From the NCBI GenBank assembly GCA_028023455.1, contig JAQFVV010000005.1:18848001-18912000 (forward strand): a stretch of 64,000 bases of DNA, given 5' to 3'. The position numbers and the translations under genes were made by a program. Under the pieces are notes generated by a model. That model was not told the DNA's origin and did no database searches. It was given only the letters and a program-made list of their open reading frames with translations. Below are positions 1 through 14,237 of this stretch, piece after piece. Numbering within the stretch: position 1 is the stretch's first letter; each line of letters opens with the position of its first letter. The stretch comes from Epiperipatus broadwayi. Taxonomy: Eukaryota > Animalia > Onychophora.

Positions 1-3000
1 TACTCATTATTTTATTGAATTCGTACAATTATAAAGTTTTAAAATGCAGACGAAGTGCCCCCCGAAAAAAATAAACAATAACGTTTGTTGACATTTTTCG
101 TCATATAAAACTGTTTATTAGAAAACACGTGTAGCAATGCTTCCTACTAAAAAAACAAAAGCTTTTAAATTCCTTGTAATCAAATAACCTTAAAATAAAA
201 GTTAACTTTAAAAAAATGTACAAAATATACTTACCGCGGGAGTGGTTTTCGGTGTTTGAGTAACCATTTTGGGCATAATGTTTAAAGTTCTTTCACATAT
301 TGAATATCCATTATTTTACGAATTAAAAAAAATAAATGAAATCTTTATTCTAAAATTATATGCGCAAACAATAAACATATTATTCACATTAAATAAAATA
401 TTAGGCATTATTATTATTTTATATCAGTAAGGGGGCTTTTGGATATTAATTTCATTTTGCATTTAACGGTAACATATTGTCTAGATCCTCTTAGTATATT
501 AAAAGTTGAAACGATGTAATACGGAAACTGAGCATAATTTTACGACCAATCCAGATTCACAAATCTTTAAATCGGTACCTGAAGAAATTCTAAAATTGAA
601 TGAGGAAGGAAATCAACTCTGAGCATACTGCCAATAACTTCGGGCTGTACCGTCTCATTAGCTTAGAAGATGAATAGTTTTTCAGTTCGGTACGATTTTA
701 CCTACACATTTCTGTGCAGAACTACTTTTGATAAGTAAATGTCTGACATTTTTAATTAAAGAATTGTACATACTTATGCTCGCTATTGTACTAGAAATTC
801 TTAAAGTGCAACATTACCTCCTTTTTATATGAAATGGAATAATCCATTTCATTTCTGAACAGGTTTCTTTTAATTGTCGGGAGTTTTTTCCTGAGTTGAA
901 TGAGTTCACTGCTCCGAAATAAAAGTTGTAACGAATCTATTCATGCACCGTTGTTGATCAGGTGTAAGTAAAAGTTTGACGTTCCATCGGAAAAAAGTAA
1001 TCGAGGTTTTTTTTTTTGACACGACTCTAACTAATGAAAGTATTTTGCTGTATCAAAAAAAATTAGCTGAATGTAACTGGACTCGAGTCTTTCACATTAA
1101 TAAGCCAAATGATGTCCAGCCAATTTATCAAATATATTATAATAAGCTCCTCCAATTATATATATATATTTCAAATTAATATTGCATTTATTAAGTCTTC
1201 AAAAAGTATTACAACCGTGCAATATTGTTCGATTGTTGTAAGTAGTAATTTATTCATTGGTTTCCACCATCTTAATACTATTTATTTGCCATCTTATATG
1301 TATACATTTCAAAGCTACTTTGTAATATATCGTTTTGCCTGCGGTATGCAACACATCAATAATTTATCAAAGATTTTTTAACAAAAAAAAAAATTCTTAA
1401 AAAAAGAGAAAAACATTTTAGAAATTGACAATTTTGGGTGAGGTTAATTACACTTGTGAAATCTGAAAAGTAGGTTTTATGACTCCAAGAATCTGTTGGC
1501 GTCATGATCAAGATATAAACGGCATTTGATCATTAAATATAGCATTTTGAATTCAAAGTCATCATTAAATAATAATAATAACTGTACAAGATATGAAATT
1601 TGCTGTAAATTTTATTCCAGATGTCAATAAATATATATTTTTAATATATTAAATGTATGACGTATGATAAGATTAAAAATTTTTTTTTTTAAGAAGTATC
1701 TTTGGCATATCTATGTGCAGAGCTCCTGGGACTTAGAGACAACTTTTATCTTATATTGTATATATAAAAAAAAGTATTAATATTTGAAATAGAGGCACTC
1801 TTCACATAGTGGGAGCCTAATTGTAAATATTAAAAATGATAGTATTCAGAAGTATTAATTTTGAATAATAATTTCCATTAACATATCTTTTCATAAAAAT
1901 AAAATTATCTTCTAATAATTTAAATAAGTATTAAGAGAATGATTTCTATAGGCCAAATATTTTAAAACATTTAGCCATGGAGTTGAGCTCTCACCAGTCG
2001 ATCTTTCCAATTTTTAACTCTTAAAACTAGCATTATAACAATATAGTATAATTTAAATCATTAACTCTAATTTAAGCAATATCTCTTAGTTGAAAAGTGA
2101 CTAATAAAAAGTATTAATAAATTGATAGTGAAATAGATAATAATTTGAGTCTATAGGTAGAAGAAAGTTTATTTTAAACTTTAAATAAAGTTCATGAAAT
2201 GTCTATAAATTGAAATGACTTTCAATTACTACAGATCAGCCTTTGTAGAGCAAGCTATCAGCAAAGTTCATCAGTGATAATAAGAATATTTATTTCTTTT
2301 ATTTACATTTTTTTTATTTTAAAAGAGCTCTGTATTGAAATTTGGAATTAAGATGGCAATGCGGGAACCTGTGTTTTTTTTTTTTTGGGGGGGGGGGTTG
2401 ATTTTAAACATTAACTCTTTATCAGCATGGAATGATAAATTCATATACAGTTTTAATCTAACTGTTATTTTTAATGATGTTTTTTTGAATTTATGATCAT
2501 TTTATAGGGGAAAATGTACTAATTAATGTTACAACCTTCCAATTTTTTTTATAATTAATAAATCAATAATATTTAAATTTAAGAGAATAACAGTGATGGG
2601 AATAATGCCTTCTAAAGTGCTGATTCGTTTGTTTTTTGTTCTCTCCACAAGAGAGCACCTGTCAATAATTTTGACAGTTCTATTTCTTTGATTTGATTTC
2701 AGAAATGAAACATAGACTTTCTAATCTTTTTTTACACATTTATTATTTTTTTCATAAAATATTTCTGAAATATTAAATTATTTTAGAGGAATAATTCAGA
2801 TTTTAATAGAAAATATTTATAAAGAAATTAATGAAATATATGGCTGCAATTTATAATTGGATGACGAACATACGTTTTATGTCGATTGCTATAGATTATT
2901 TTTGTCAATTATAAATAGAAATGTATTTTTAAAAAAGCTTTTGTTAATTTTAATAATCTGATGAATTATTAATTTGCATTTTGGAAACTAAACTAAAACA

Positions 3001-3884
3001 GAGATAATTTTAAAAGACAAATATATTTTTATTGCTGATTCTGTAATTAACCAATCTAAAGTTTGGTACTTTAATTCAATCTGCCAATAGGGATTTTGAA
3101 CATAGAAAGAATTAAGTTATAATCAGGTTTGTCATCAGTTTTTCACATATTTGAAATATAAACTATTGATAGTTGTAGATTTTTATATAGTTGTTATATG
3201 ATTGATTTAATTTAGCTATTTTGAAGACCAACATCATTCCTATGAGATGGATCTATACATTTAGTAAGTTCCTTGGCACCTAGGAGATTTTTCTGTCAGT
3301 TGCACATTATTGTTTGTAAAGAATTTTAATTAATGTATGTGTCTCTATATCTGTGCTAGATTAGACTGTAACCTATTATGTTATATTTACTTGTCAACTA
3401 TTTTACTAATAGACAGTCTAATGTTTGAATTTTAAATTAATCTTCCGTTTGAGACAATAAATAAACTTAAAATGGATATTTCCATTTCAATATGCACAAC
3501 TAAGCATCATTATTATTTTTTCTTGTGTTCTCTTTCATTGATTCATATGATTAAATAGAGAAGACATTACTATCTAATGCAGTTGTAATGGAGAAAATGA
3601 CATCAGGTAAAATTAAGAGATGTGGTCGTAATAACTGACAAAAATTGTTCTGCTGCTGATCTATATCATTTACAATTTCTTATTAAGAGTTTATATATCT
3701 TCATTTACAATTCCAAAAAATTTAAAGAAAATCATTTGGAACTTTAAATTCTGACTTGAAAACGATTTTAATTTTAAAAATTTTTGTTCTGCTTTTCAAA
3801 TAGATCTAATTACTAAAATGGAGATGAAAAATCCAAATATGTTTTTTTTTTTTAAAAAAAAAAAAGTCAGTTGTTAGCTTTAGT

Positions 3885-4110
3885 ATTAAAGTTTGAAGAT
3901 TTGCTATCTTAATATAAACCAAGCAATATATATATATATATGTGTGTGGGAGATGATGATCTGCATCAACTGATGAGTACTGGTTTAGCATGAAATACAT
4001 ATATTGGAGATCACTTATCTATTTCATATGTATTTGATCATGTGTATCAGTTGTAAAAATAGATTAGATGACTGAAGGGATCTTGAATGTCTGAGTTCAA
4101 ATCCCCTCTA
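3885..4110 (+). mobile_element. HHR-bearing non-coding repeat, family A, copy 1 (5'-truncated)
   Basis: Homologous to 4491-4850(-), 13472-13800(-), 14031-14238+17548-17770(+), 18805-19080(-) and 19150-19334(+). Contains a hammerhead motif and ends in GTTCAAATCCCCTCTA. Confidence 0.85.
3955..4015 (+). ncRNA. Type I hammerhead ribozyme motif (family A, partly decayed)
   Basis: TCAA CTGATGA GTAC TGGTTTA GCAT GAAA TACATA TA TTGG. Core intact; stem II has one mismatch; stem III palindrome TACGTA decayed to TACATA; distal stem I GATGATCT/AGATCACT. Confidence 0.75.
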
Positions 4111-4490
4111 ATTAAACTAATCCTAGTTGGAATAATTAAATGTCTAAGAATTTTATAAGTGAAGATTTAATGAAAAGTAATGAAAATTACCCAAGTAGAG
4201 TATAATAGTAAAGGTGCAAAAAGAAATATTTTTTTAAGAATTAACTTTTTGGAATCAAAACTTTCCAGAAGATTACATAATATGTGAATTATTATTAGGA
4301 TGTTATGCATGGTTTGATATGTAAGTAGAGTGAAAGAATATGGAGTTGAAAGTCCATGGATCACAACCTAGTATGTCTATTCTGGTTTTTTAACTTTTTA
4401 TGGACATCTGAACAATAAACCATTCAATTATTTTTCCCTACTGATTTAGTGCAGTGATAGAGTGGCAAATTATGAAGTTTAGGTTCTATA

Positions 4491-4850
4491 TAGGGTATAT
4501 GAACACAGACTTTCACATGACCCACCACTCTCCACACTATCTCATAACACTGTTACACTTGAACACATATATGTTGAAAGATAAATAATCACCAATATAC
4601 GTATTTCATGCTAAACCAGCAATCATCAGTTGGTCCAGATTACCATCTCTACCCATATATGCTATAAGTGCTCAGATATATATTAAGATAACCAAACCAC
4701 ATACTTTAATGGACAGGCTTTAATCTACTCCACACTGCAACTCTTCAACTGTCCATCCAACTGAAAATCTGATGGAATGCTCAAAGGCTACCCTGAGGCT
4801 GAGATTCTTGTCACACCCATGTTGAACTAAAGTCAATCTGACCCCTCATG
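4491..4850 (-). mobile_element. HHR-bearing repeat family A, copy 2
   Basis: Reverse-complement homology to copy 1 and to 14031-14230. Confidence 0.85.
4591..4634 (-). ncRNA. Type I hammerhead ribozyme motif (family A)
   Basis: Reverse complement: ACCAA CTGATGA TTGC TGGTTTA GCAT GAAA TACGTA TA TTGGT. Perfect 5-bp stem I and palindromic stem III; first base of stem II mutated G>T. Confidence 0.8.
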
Positions 4851-7800
4851 TATATAACAATCCATTAATGCACAAACAAGGGATGGGCAGACATCTCTAC
4901 TTATGTAATAACTGAAACACATAGGTTCTGTAAATCATTATTCCAGCTCTCTTACTTCTGGTGCTCAAACTTCTTATGAACTTCTGAACAATAAATTGGT
5001 TTAACGCAATGGTATAGTGACACTCTCTAACGCTCAAGTTCTATGGATCGTACCTCTTTTATTACATGAACTCTTGTGAGCTCCTGAATAATAAATCAGT
5101 CGATTATTTCATTAGTAATAGTATTGTATATGAGATAACAGATTATTAGTGATCATTAATTAACAGTCCAATCTTAGAAATTGATTAACAGATTTTTTGT
5201 TAAAGTTTTAATGAGATTGTTTTTTATGATAGCATTTAATATCGATAAGTATTTGATTATCATCACTTTAATTTATAATGTATTATACATTATGATGAAG
5301 CAATAGATTCATTAAAGTTTATGATAAATATTGAGTTTCTAAATTAAGCTATATAGGGAGGTTTAAATTAATAGTAAAATATCATGTGTTACTGCCATTA
5401 CTTTAATCTGCGTTCAGAAAATATAGCATAAACCCCCATACATGCAGATTTTTATAAGTAAGGGCTAAGATTAATATGATAATCTCTGGTCTTATAAATG
5501 ATTATTAATAATCATTTTAATGTATTTATCTAAAGTGATGGTTTCAAATATGGCGCTAGTAGTATCAAATTGTAGTATTTATACGATTTAAGCCAATGCT
5601 TGGAAAAGTATAAGCACTAAAGTTTTATCCTCAAATCAGTTTTTGTGTCAACATATCTATATAGATATGAAACCAGATTAGTAATCTCATTAATTATTTT
5701 TTGGCTAAAGCAAAGTTGGGCGTCGGCAACTTGAATTCTCGATGATGATTTACACAGCTCATTCACAAGCATAAGTTTTAAGTTTAAAAAAAAAAAAAAA
5801 ATTTCATTCTGAATATATTTTGTTCAATAATTTTTTTTCATAAAACACCCATTAAACATGTTATTGCAAATATATTTATTATTATGCCCTTATATCTCAA
5901 AAACAATGAACTCCACTGGGAAATGCTTCAAACAAAACTTATTAGACTTATAATTCTATGCTTTTATCAAATAAAGTTTTTCTTAAAATGCTTATTTTGA
6001 AAACTGAATTTTAAGAAAAATTGTTTCAGATAAAAATAAATTGTGAATCTGAAGATTTTTTTGTCCAATATTTTTTCTCATGTTGCATTAATTTTTGAGT
6101 TATTGGTAAACTAGGAATTGAGTTGTGTCAAATTGGAATTTTCCATGAATCGATATCATTGCCCAATATTAGTCATCTAAGTTCAGATAGAATAAAGACA
6201 TCAAGTTTTGTTATTAAGTTATCATTAGACCAAAATTTAGCCACATACAAATAGACATTCATGACTCTGGACATTATTTAAAAATCAACCAAAATGAATA
6301 TTAAAAGCTTATTTCATGAAAATTCATTGAAAATAGAAAGTGTTTTTTCTGGCATGATCACAATACTTTTCCCATACATTAAAAAGTAAAACATTTTTTA
6401 TATACAAGTTTATAGAAATCTTGTACAGAAATGTGGCTCATAATTAGAAAAATTTACCCACTCCTGCATTAAAATATAATACTTCCATAAATTGCCATTT
6501 GGTATTCACTGGCTCAAATAGTATTAAAAGTTACTAATTCACCTTTATCTCAGACAATGATTTCAATTGGTTCCCCAAAATGTCTAATAAATCAGAAATT
6601 TTGCATTAAAAAAACAAGCAATTATAATGAGTTTCTATGAAAAAAATAATAATTTGTTGGGTTAAATTCAAAATATATATAAATCCAGTTAAAAAATTAA
6701 AGTTTGAAATTGAAAAAAATATTAATCGATGAATAAGCATTTTACTAAATATACTATTAATAAAGTATTAAACCGTGGGTAAATAAACATTTTGGTTGTT
6801 ATAATTAAAAATAAAAAAATATAAGTTTTCATTTATGATTTACTATTTTGCTTCTTATGTAGCCAGGAAAATTATATTTCCTTAATCAGATTTTATTAAA
6901 TTAAAATAAAGCATATAGAAAATAAAATACATTTATTTTTAGTGCACATTATATTTTATTATCAAAACTTTTTATTTTTATAATATCTTACTAATAAAAC
7001 TGATTTTTTTTGGCAACACTTATTTTTTTATTTTATTGTTTTGTATAAAGAACTGTTTGCAAATTTATTTTAAATAAATGCAGTCAAAATTAAATAAAAA
7101 TTAGATAAGAAATATAATGTGTTGTTGATTGCTGTAATTTTAATAATTTAAATGGTTAAATCTTTTTTTTGTTGTTGTTACTATATGTTTTTATGTTTGC
7201 AATTAAAAAACAGAAACAAATTGAGATTATCATAAAAGTTGATTATTAAGTGCATAATACTCAAAATCATTTTTTTCTTTTTTTTCTCAAAACAACTTAC
7301 AATTGCAATGACTTTATTTTATAATTATGATGATCATATTTTTAATTGCAAGCAAAATAATGTCCATAAGAATTTTATTCCAAAATTGATTTTTGAATGA
7401 ATATACTTTATTTAATGCACGCATTTTAAAAGTTATTATTAATGCATTTTGAAACCATATGTGACCAAAGTATGTCTTTGACTATATGTTATATTGAATG
7501 AAACTGACATATTTTGCTTTTATAATCATTAACAATGGAAATATTCTTATTTTGGATATGTTGTAAATGAAAACACTGATTGTCTTGCAAGAATACTGAT
7601 GAAAATTAGGTGAACATAAATCATTTTGATTCTATAATCAAAATATAATATTAAATACTGTATAATGAATAAAGTATACTGTGCCTTTTTAATGTGAATG
7701 GCACTATATTATCTTTGGATGATGCAGATTTAATGAAGTCACTATCCTATGATGTCATCAATCCTACATAATGATTGCCATTAGAAGATCGTTGTAGTGA

Positions 7801-7979
7801 ATAACCAATTGTAAATCAAATAGTGGTAAATTGATGATGATTACTATGGTTTATCTCTATAAAAATACATATATATATCCCAGGCTAAATGTGTATATAA
7901 AAGCAGAAATATGTCAGTAGATGTATTTTTGAAAGCTCAATGAATATTTACTGGCTACTTTAATTAAGGCCAGAGAAAT

Positions 7980-10900
7980 TATCAAAATAAAAGATGCATG
8001 TACATAATGTACTTATATTATCCTAACTTTTGAAATTCCAATTTTTTTCCCTTTTTAAACTTAATTCACTTTCAATAGTTGTTAATATATAAAAAATAAA
8101 GCAATATTTGATTTTTATTTAAGTTGTTTAATTACTGAACTCAATTTTATAAATTAATTCAATAGGAATACAATATGATGCATATTATTTTTTCATATAT
8201 CAACACTTTTATTATTCAATATAGGTAGACTTCTATTAATTGGAATATCTCTAACATTTCTAATCCAAAAACTTATGCTACCTGGACAAAATTACAAGGT
8301 ATTGATTTGTAATAGAATTACATATAAATAAATTTGAAGAAATCTCAGTTCCAATCTTCATGTATAATACATTTTTTATCATGCCATACTACATGAATGA
8401 TTGACAAATCACTCTGCAGTATACATAAACTTTAGGAATAACTTCCTTTGTCTGCTGCCTTGGATCACTGACATAAATAGACATAACAGCTGCATTAATT
8501 ACATTAATCTTGTAATGGTAATCCTCTTGATATTTACCACTGTGATTCTTTACTATAAATTAGCATTTTTATTATAGATTTTGACATTAGATTTCTTAAT
8601 TAAGATTTTTATTAATATGAATCTCTGATTGTGTCTTGATTACATCTAACTGTATTAAAATTGGCAAATTTATAATAAGTGATGATATTAGTATTAATAT
8701 AAATCAAGTAATTGTTGTATTTTTATGTGTGTTCCAAAGCAGCTGTTAAAGGAAGTTATTTCTCAATTGCACATATATAATGCAAAGTGATTTATCAACA
8801 TTTTCATATAATATGACAGTCATAGTAAAAAAACATGTATTACACGTGGTGATTAGAACTGATACTATGCATAGTTCAGTGCAGTGTAACATGTCAGAAT
8901 TTGATGCATAAAGTCCTTGGATTAATTCCAGTTCTTGCATTTAATCCTGATTAATAACTATTTGATTTCCAAATTGATTCATTGTTATACCGATTTGCTG
9001 TAAAAAAAATTTGTGCTGCCGTAAATAAAAGTGTCTTCTGTATTCTAAAGTGTTACATTGTTATTCATAAAATAATTTTTTATAATATATATTCTATGGA
9101 TAGTAAAATTAATGTTAAGCAGAGTTTGGATTTGTAATAAAAAAAATGGAAGTAGGTAGGATTTATTGTTAAAATCCGAAAAAAATGCTTATGAATTTTT
9201 TCAATGAGGAGTTGCACTTGGATTTTTTGAATGCAATACATCTTTCCTCCAACAGTCATCTTTTATTTCTTTATTTTCTATCATTTTGCTTGCGAGAAAT
9301 TCAAGAACACTTTGATGTTTTGGATTTAAGCCATTTTTCTTGCATAATTATAAAGGATTTTGGTGTTCTCGGTTTTTATTTCTATTTATATTAACAAATT
9401 CTTTTTATATATTTACTCTCTCTTTCTTTGTTTTTACTAATGAACTATTAACCTGTCCTAGTATTTACAATGATAACAATTAACAACCTTTATATTAAAT
9501 CCATCCTTTTTATATATATATATACAGATAAAATAAACAAAATCTTTATCCAAGTCTCTCATCTCTCTTGTTGTTTATGTTTACTTAAAAATTAATCAAA
9601 AATTATTCAAACATTCTATTAATATTCATAAGGTGCAGTCTATAAAGATATTCAAGTTCCTACTTCATGTAAAAACTTAATCATCTCATCACTTCTTGAA
9701 GAATATAATTTGCCACCTACAGCCAAATAAATCTTTCTATTTCTCTTCGAATTCTGCAAAGTCTAGAATATCAAATATCTCTTTTATAGTCATACAATGC
9801 AACATTTCTACATGTTAAATTACCACTTCCTTCCATAAACTTCTTTGTTACATCATATCTATTAACTGAAAACAGGTTTTTTTATTATCTACTTATTTTT
9901 GCATCATTCACTAACTTATTTCCCAATACAAATAATCTTTTTGGTTGCTCAAAATAATTTATAAATCATTTATTTACTTTCTTCATACCTTTCCTATAAT
10001 TCATCTTAATATCTAATTAACAAGTTGTCCAAGTAAATTGAGAGGAAAGAAATGTGTTGTTCTTGATTTCCATTATTGCTATTTATCTTTATCAATTTCA
10101 ACCATTATTTATCCAGTGCAGAATGAATATCACTTTGGTTTTAATGCGATTCCTTTGATCCATAGCTTTTCTTCACATCATTGTTATTGAGCAAAATTCC
10201 TTAAATATTTTTCTAAAGAATACTCTATTATCATTCTTTATAATTCTTTTAAAACAAAACGCATTTTGCTACACTGATGAATATTTTATATATATATATA
10301 TATAGTTTTAAATATATCAAGAAGAACCAAAATATTGCAATCAGTTTAAAATTTCTTTCCTTAAATGCTATTCAGAAGCAATGGCAAACTATTTTGGATG
10401 ATGACGTAGAGTTATCATTTTACTCTGTTGCCTAGTTATCTCAGCCTCCCACCTTTCAGGAAGAAAAATTAATATGTGCACATATAAGTAATACTTTATA
10501 ATAATAATTATTGCTTAGGAGTTCTTAAAAAATTTAATTACTAAAAGTGACAAAGTTGGATTGCTATTCATGGGACTTAATATTCTGTCACAGTATCAAA
10601 AATGAAAAGGAAATTCGTAAATAAGAATAAGAAAGCTTTATTGTAATTATCGTTGTAAGGAAGTGCTTTTTTAGATAGATTTTTATAAACGAAGAAAGGA
10701 ATGACTTACGTGGCAAAAAATGGTGCATTGAAAAAGGAAGGATAAAAAACAAATATGCATATGTTTTTTTTTACATATAAATATGAACTCTTTTATATAG
10801 AGTGGAACTACGCTATATATAAAACTGGATGATGTTTGCATTTAGAATATATTTGTCAAGCATTGTTAGACGAGAGGTCATCGCAGCCACCTTGCAAGCA

Positions 10901-11616
10901 AGTAGTTGGTTGCAGACGGTTGTGGGTTCACCTCCCGGCCGATGCTATAACATATGGAAAAAAAAAAAATTATACTGCATCCTTATTTAGAGACTTGATA
11001 GATATACTATCTCTCTCTTTCTCTCTCTATATATGGGCTTGTTAGGGTAAATAATCATTTTGAATTGGCATTACTATTCAGTGTGTACAGGAGTGAAGTG
11101 ATAGTCTATAAATTAGAAATTATACACATTAGAGTATATTTTGATACAAAATTGACTGATGTGAAATAAAACACAAAGCATTGTTTATGTTTTATTTTGT
11201 CTTTTATTAATTATTCAAAATAGTTTTCTTGTCGATTTAATATACTACAGGAAATGATTGTAAAATTGTTTGAAACAATCTTTGAAAATTTTCATTGGAA
11301 TCGATGCAGAATCATTGTCACAAGCTTCTAAAATCATGACATGCTCCTTTCATGGCTAACTTTATTTTGGAAATAATTACAAAATCAAAAGAATAGGGCA
11401 TATATTGAAGCATAAAACTGCTTTTTTGGCCAAGAAATGCACAAGGTATTGAGTATCAGTGTGTTATTATGCAACAGTGATCAAGAAAAGCCTCGTTATG
11501 GTGTTCAGAATATTTATGCAAAATTTTGGTGCAGAAATGACTCAAAACACCCAATCTTCAGAAATCTATTTGTACTAAATATTGGCTTTAGAATTTAAGA
11601 CTAAAAACTAAACAAT
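7980..11616. repeat. Left arm of ~3.6 kb inverted duplication (partner 19910-24169)
   Basis: Colinear reverse-complement match along its length (e.g. 7980 TATCAAAATAAA with 24169; 11616 with 19910); roughly 85-90% identity by eye; paired track ORFs 8746-8940/23213-23404 and 9185-9394/22161-22388. Confidence 0.92.
10854..10969 (+). mobile_element. tRNA-Gly-derived simple SINE with poly(A), expanded-variable-arm subfamily
   Basis: TGTCAAGCATTGTT...GGGTTCACCTCCCGGCCGATGC TATAACATATGG(A)12. Absent from the duplicate arm near 20700; homologous to 17820-17885, 34748-34860, 36303-36412 and 40042-40136. Confidence 0.8.
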
Positions 11617-13471
11617 AACAGGAGAACAAACATAGGTCACAAAAGGTCTAGTAAATTATGCTTCTATTAAATATGATAGTACAATGAGAAGTTGTGCACT
11701 GTTACAGTATTTGCAGAAATAAAAATGATTAAAAGATAATGTCAGCAATCCTATTTAGTAGATATAATTGCAAACATAGATACAGTTAGTTGAATCATAC
11801 ATTGAATATTTTCACTGCAGGTGAGGATATTTGGTTATGGAGAGAGACCAACAGATAAATGGCCTCATGCAGATATCTGAGCAGTATGTTTATTAATAGG
11901 GAATGCTACAAGTACAAATTGTACTATCTGCAACTATCAATAGGTGTTAATTACAATAACTAACAATCTAACATCAGTTGGAAGGCAAATACATGCCAGT
12001 CGGAAACTTGACCTGGAATATTACACAATGGATTCCATTCACTATAAGGTATATCCAAGCTCAATGTAGCAAAAGGGATGACCTGTCATTAGCAATGGAT
12101 CATAGTCTTGTTTAGTTGTGATCACTAAGCAGGTTAGTCTTTTCTGGATTATAATACATGACAATTTTTTGGTAAAATAATGGTTAATCACAAACTAATA
12201 ACAATATCCATAAGAGTCAAGAGAGCTAATGACTATTGTTCCTTTTTGGATGATGTTACAATTCTAGCTCAAATCTTACAAGTAATGACAAGATGGTTAT
12301 ACTGAGGACAACATTAGAAGTCTATTATTTTATTTCATCTCATATTTGTCTAAATAGCAATGCCTTGGATACCTATGATTTATATGCTGCTAATTGTGGC
12401 CAGTGTTTGATCTCATTTGTTTCATTTTTTTTGGAGGGGATAAGTTTTCTGTCAAACCATGTGGTCACACAAAATTTAATTTTCTAAACCGAACCAATCA
12501 ATTATTTTTTATTTATAGGTATATTTAAATTATATCAAAATTTTTAATGAATGTGTTATTTTTAAATCTATAGGCCTCTTATTTTATTAAGATACATAGT
12601 TCAAATCTTTTTAACCCAAAACAATAGAAATCTTTAACATTTATTTATATTAAATGAATTTTTTATTGTCCAAAGGAAAAAAATACTGATTCGGAAACAA
12701 TAATAATTCTTATATAGAAATATATCATTGATGACCACATAACTTAATCGTTAAAAAAAAGTATTAATATGTTTTTTAAAAAATATTTGCATGAAGTGTA
12801 AAAAAATATTTATGTACTTAAAATAGTTGGCGATATTTATTGCAAAGTTAAAGGACATTTATTTTTGAAAAATATATATATTTTAAAAAAAAAAATACTG
12901 GGTCCCTTAAAAAAAGTTATACTTTTTTTAAGATGCGTAAAAAAAGAAAAACTTAAAAAAAATCTGTTTACTGAAACATAATAGGAAAAAAAAAGAGTAT
13001 AAAACAATTAATACAATTTAATTTAAAGTCGTCAAGCTTCCTGCAATCACAACTGGCAACATTAATGATTAGTAATAATCATTTATTAAGCTGGAAATTA
13101 TAATAAAATTCCTAGCCTAGATGTTCACTTTTAACTTTAATAAAGATTAATATATCTACTATTATTAAACATAACTACATAGAATCATTACTTCAATTAC
13201 ATTCCACTTTTTTTTTAACATGTGTAATATCTTAAATATACTTTTAATCAAATGTCTTAATCAAAACATTAAAAAGTACGTGTTAGAATATAAAGTTATA
13301 CGTGTATTATTTAGTTTTATTAATTTTGCTAGACATCCTTTTGATAAGTAGCTCTATTAGCAAATGTCACAAGTTTATAAAGCCTTTAGGGCTAATTTTA
13401 TAAATATTTTTTAAAATAAAAACTACATTTGTGTTAAGCATTTGAATTAGAAATTTCCTTAACTATTTTTA

Positions 13472-13969
13472 TTTAAATACAAATATAGTATATACACTTT
13501 AAACTAGGTGTAGTTAGAGGTGATTTGAATCCAGACTTTCACGCTTCCTTTAGTCATTCGCTCCATGTTATACAACTGAGACAGACCACCTACATGTGAA
13601 AAAGATAAATGATCTCCAATATACGTATTTCATGCTAAACCAGTACTCGTTAGTTGGTCCAAATCATCATGCTCACACACATATATGATCAGTGCTCAGT
13701 CTATATTAAGATAGCAAATCTTCAAACTTTAATGGATAGACTTCAATCTTTCTCCATTCTCCAACTTTTCAGCCATCCATATCATTGAAATTCTGATGAT
13801 AGTATGTTCAGAGTCATATATTGGAGATCATTTATCTTTTTTCTCAAGTATGTGATCATCTGTATCGGTTGTATAAGATGGAGCAGATGACTAAAAAGAG
13901 TTTAAAAGGCTGTGTTCAATTCCCCTCTAATTACTAGTTTAAAGTATATATACTATACTTGTATTTAAA
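13472..13969. mobile_element. Head-to-head (inverted) family A insertion
   Basis: Inverted arms 13472-13623 and 13817-13969. The minus copy extends to ~13798 and carries an HHR at 13616-13658 with core mutated to CTAACGA. Confidence 0.85.
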
Positions 13970-14237
13970 AATTATATATTCAGCTTGTATTCTGCCCATC
14001 ATTCTTCCATGTATTTAAACGAGCTTAAGGTCTGACATATGAGGGGTCAAAATGACTTACGGTGAACATGGATTGGATATGACAACAGAATTTGGCAAAC
14101 AAGGGCTTTGAACATACCACCATCAGATTTTCAATGATTTGGCTGGATGAAGAGTTGGAGAGTGGAGACAATTGAAATCTGTCCATTAAAGTTTAAAAAT
14201 TTGCTATGAACTAAGCACTGATTATATATATATAGAT

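Noticed and set aside
2228-2280. Minus-strand CTGATGA followed by a CTTTG/CAAAG stem
   Set aside because: No GAAA after the stem and no stem I/III; not a hammerhead.
2948-2990. CTGATGA...GAAA
   Set aside because: No stem II complementarity; chance match in AT-rich DNA.
7690-7790. Protein-like frames on both strands (LSLDDADLMKSLSYDVINPT / DSDFIKSASSKDNIVPFTLKRH)
   Set aside because: Weak splice sites and no linked exons; cannot choose a strand.
10270-10290. CTGATGA in the duplication arms (also ~21253-21261 minus)
   Set aside because: No downstream stem II or GAAA.
11980-12280. Possible very old LINE RT (FLDDVTIL)
   Set aside because: Only one plausible motif; the others could not be placed in order.
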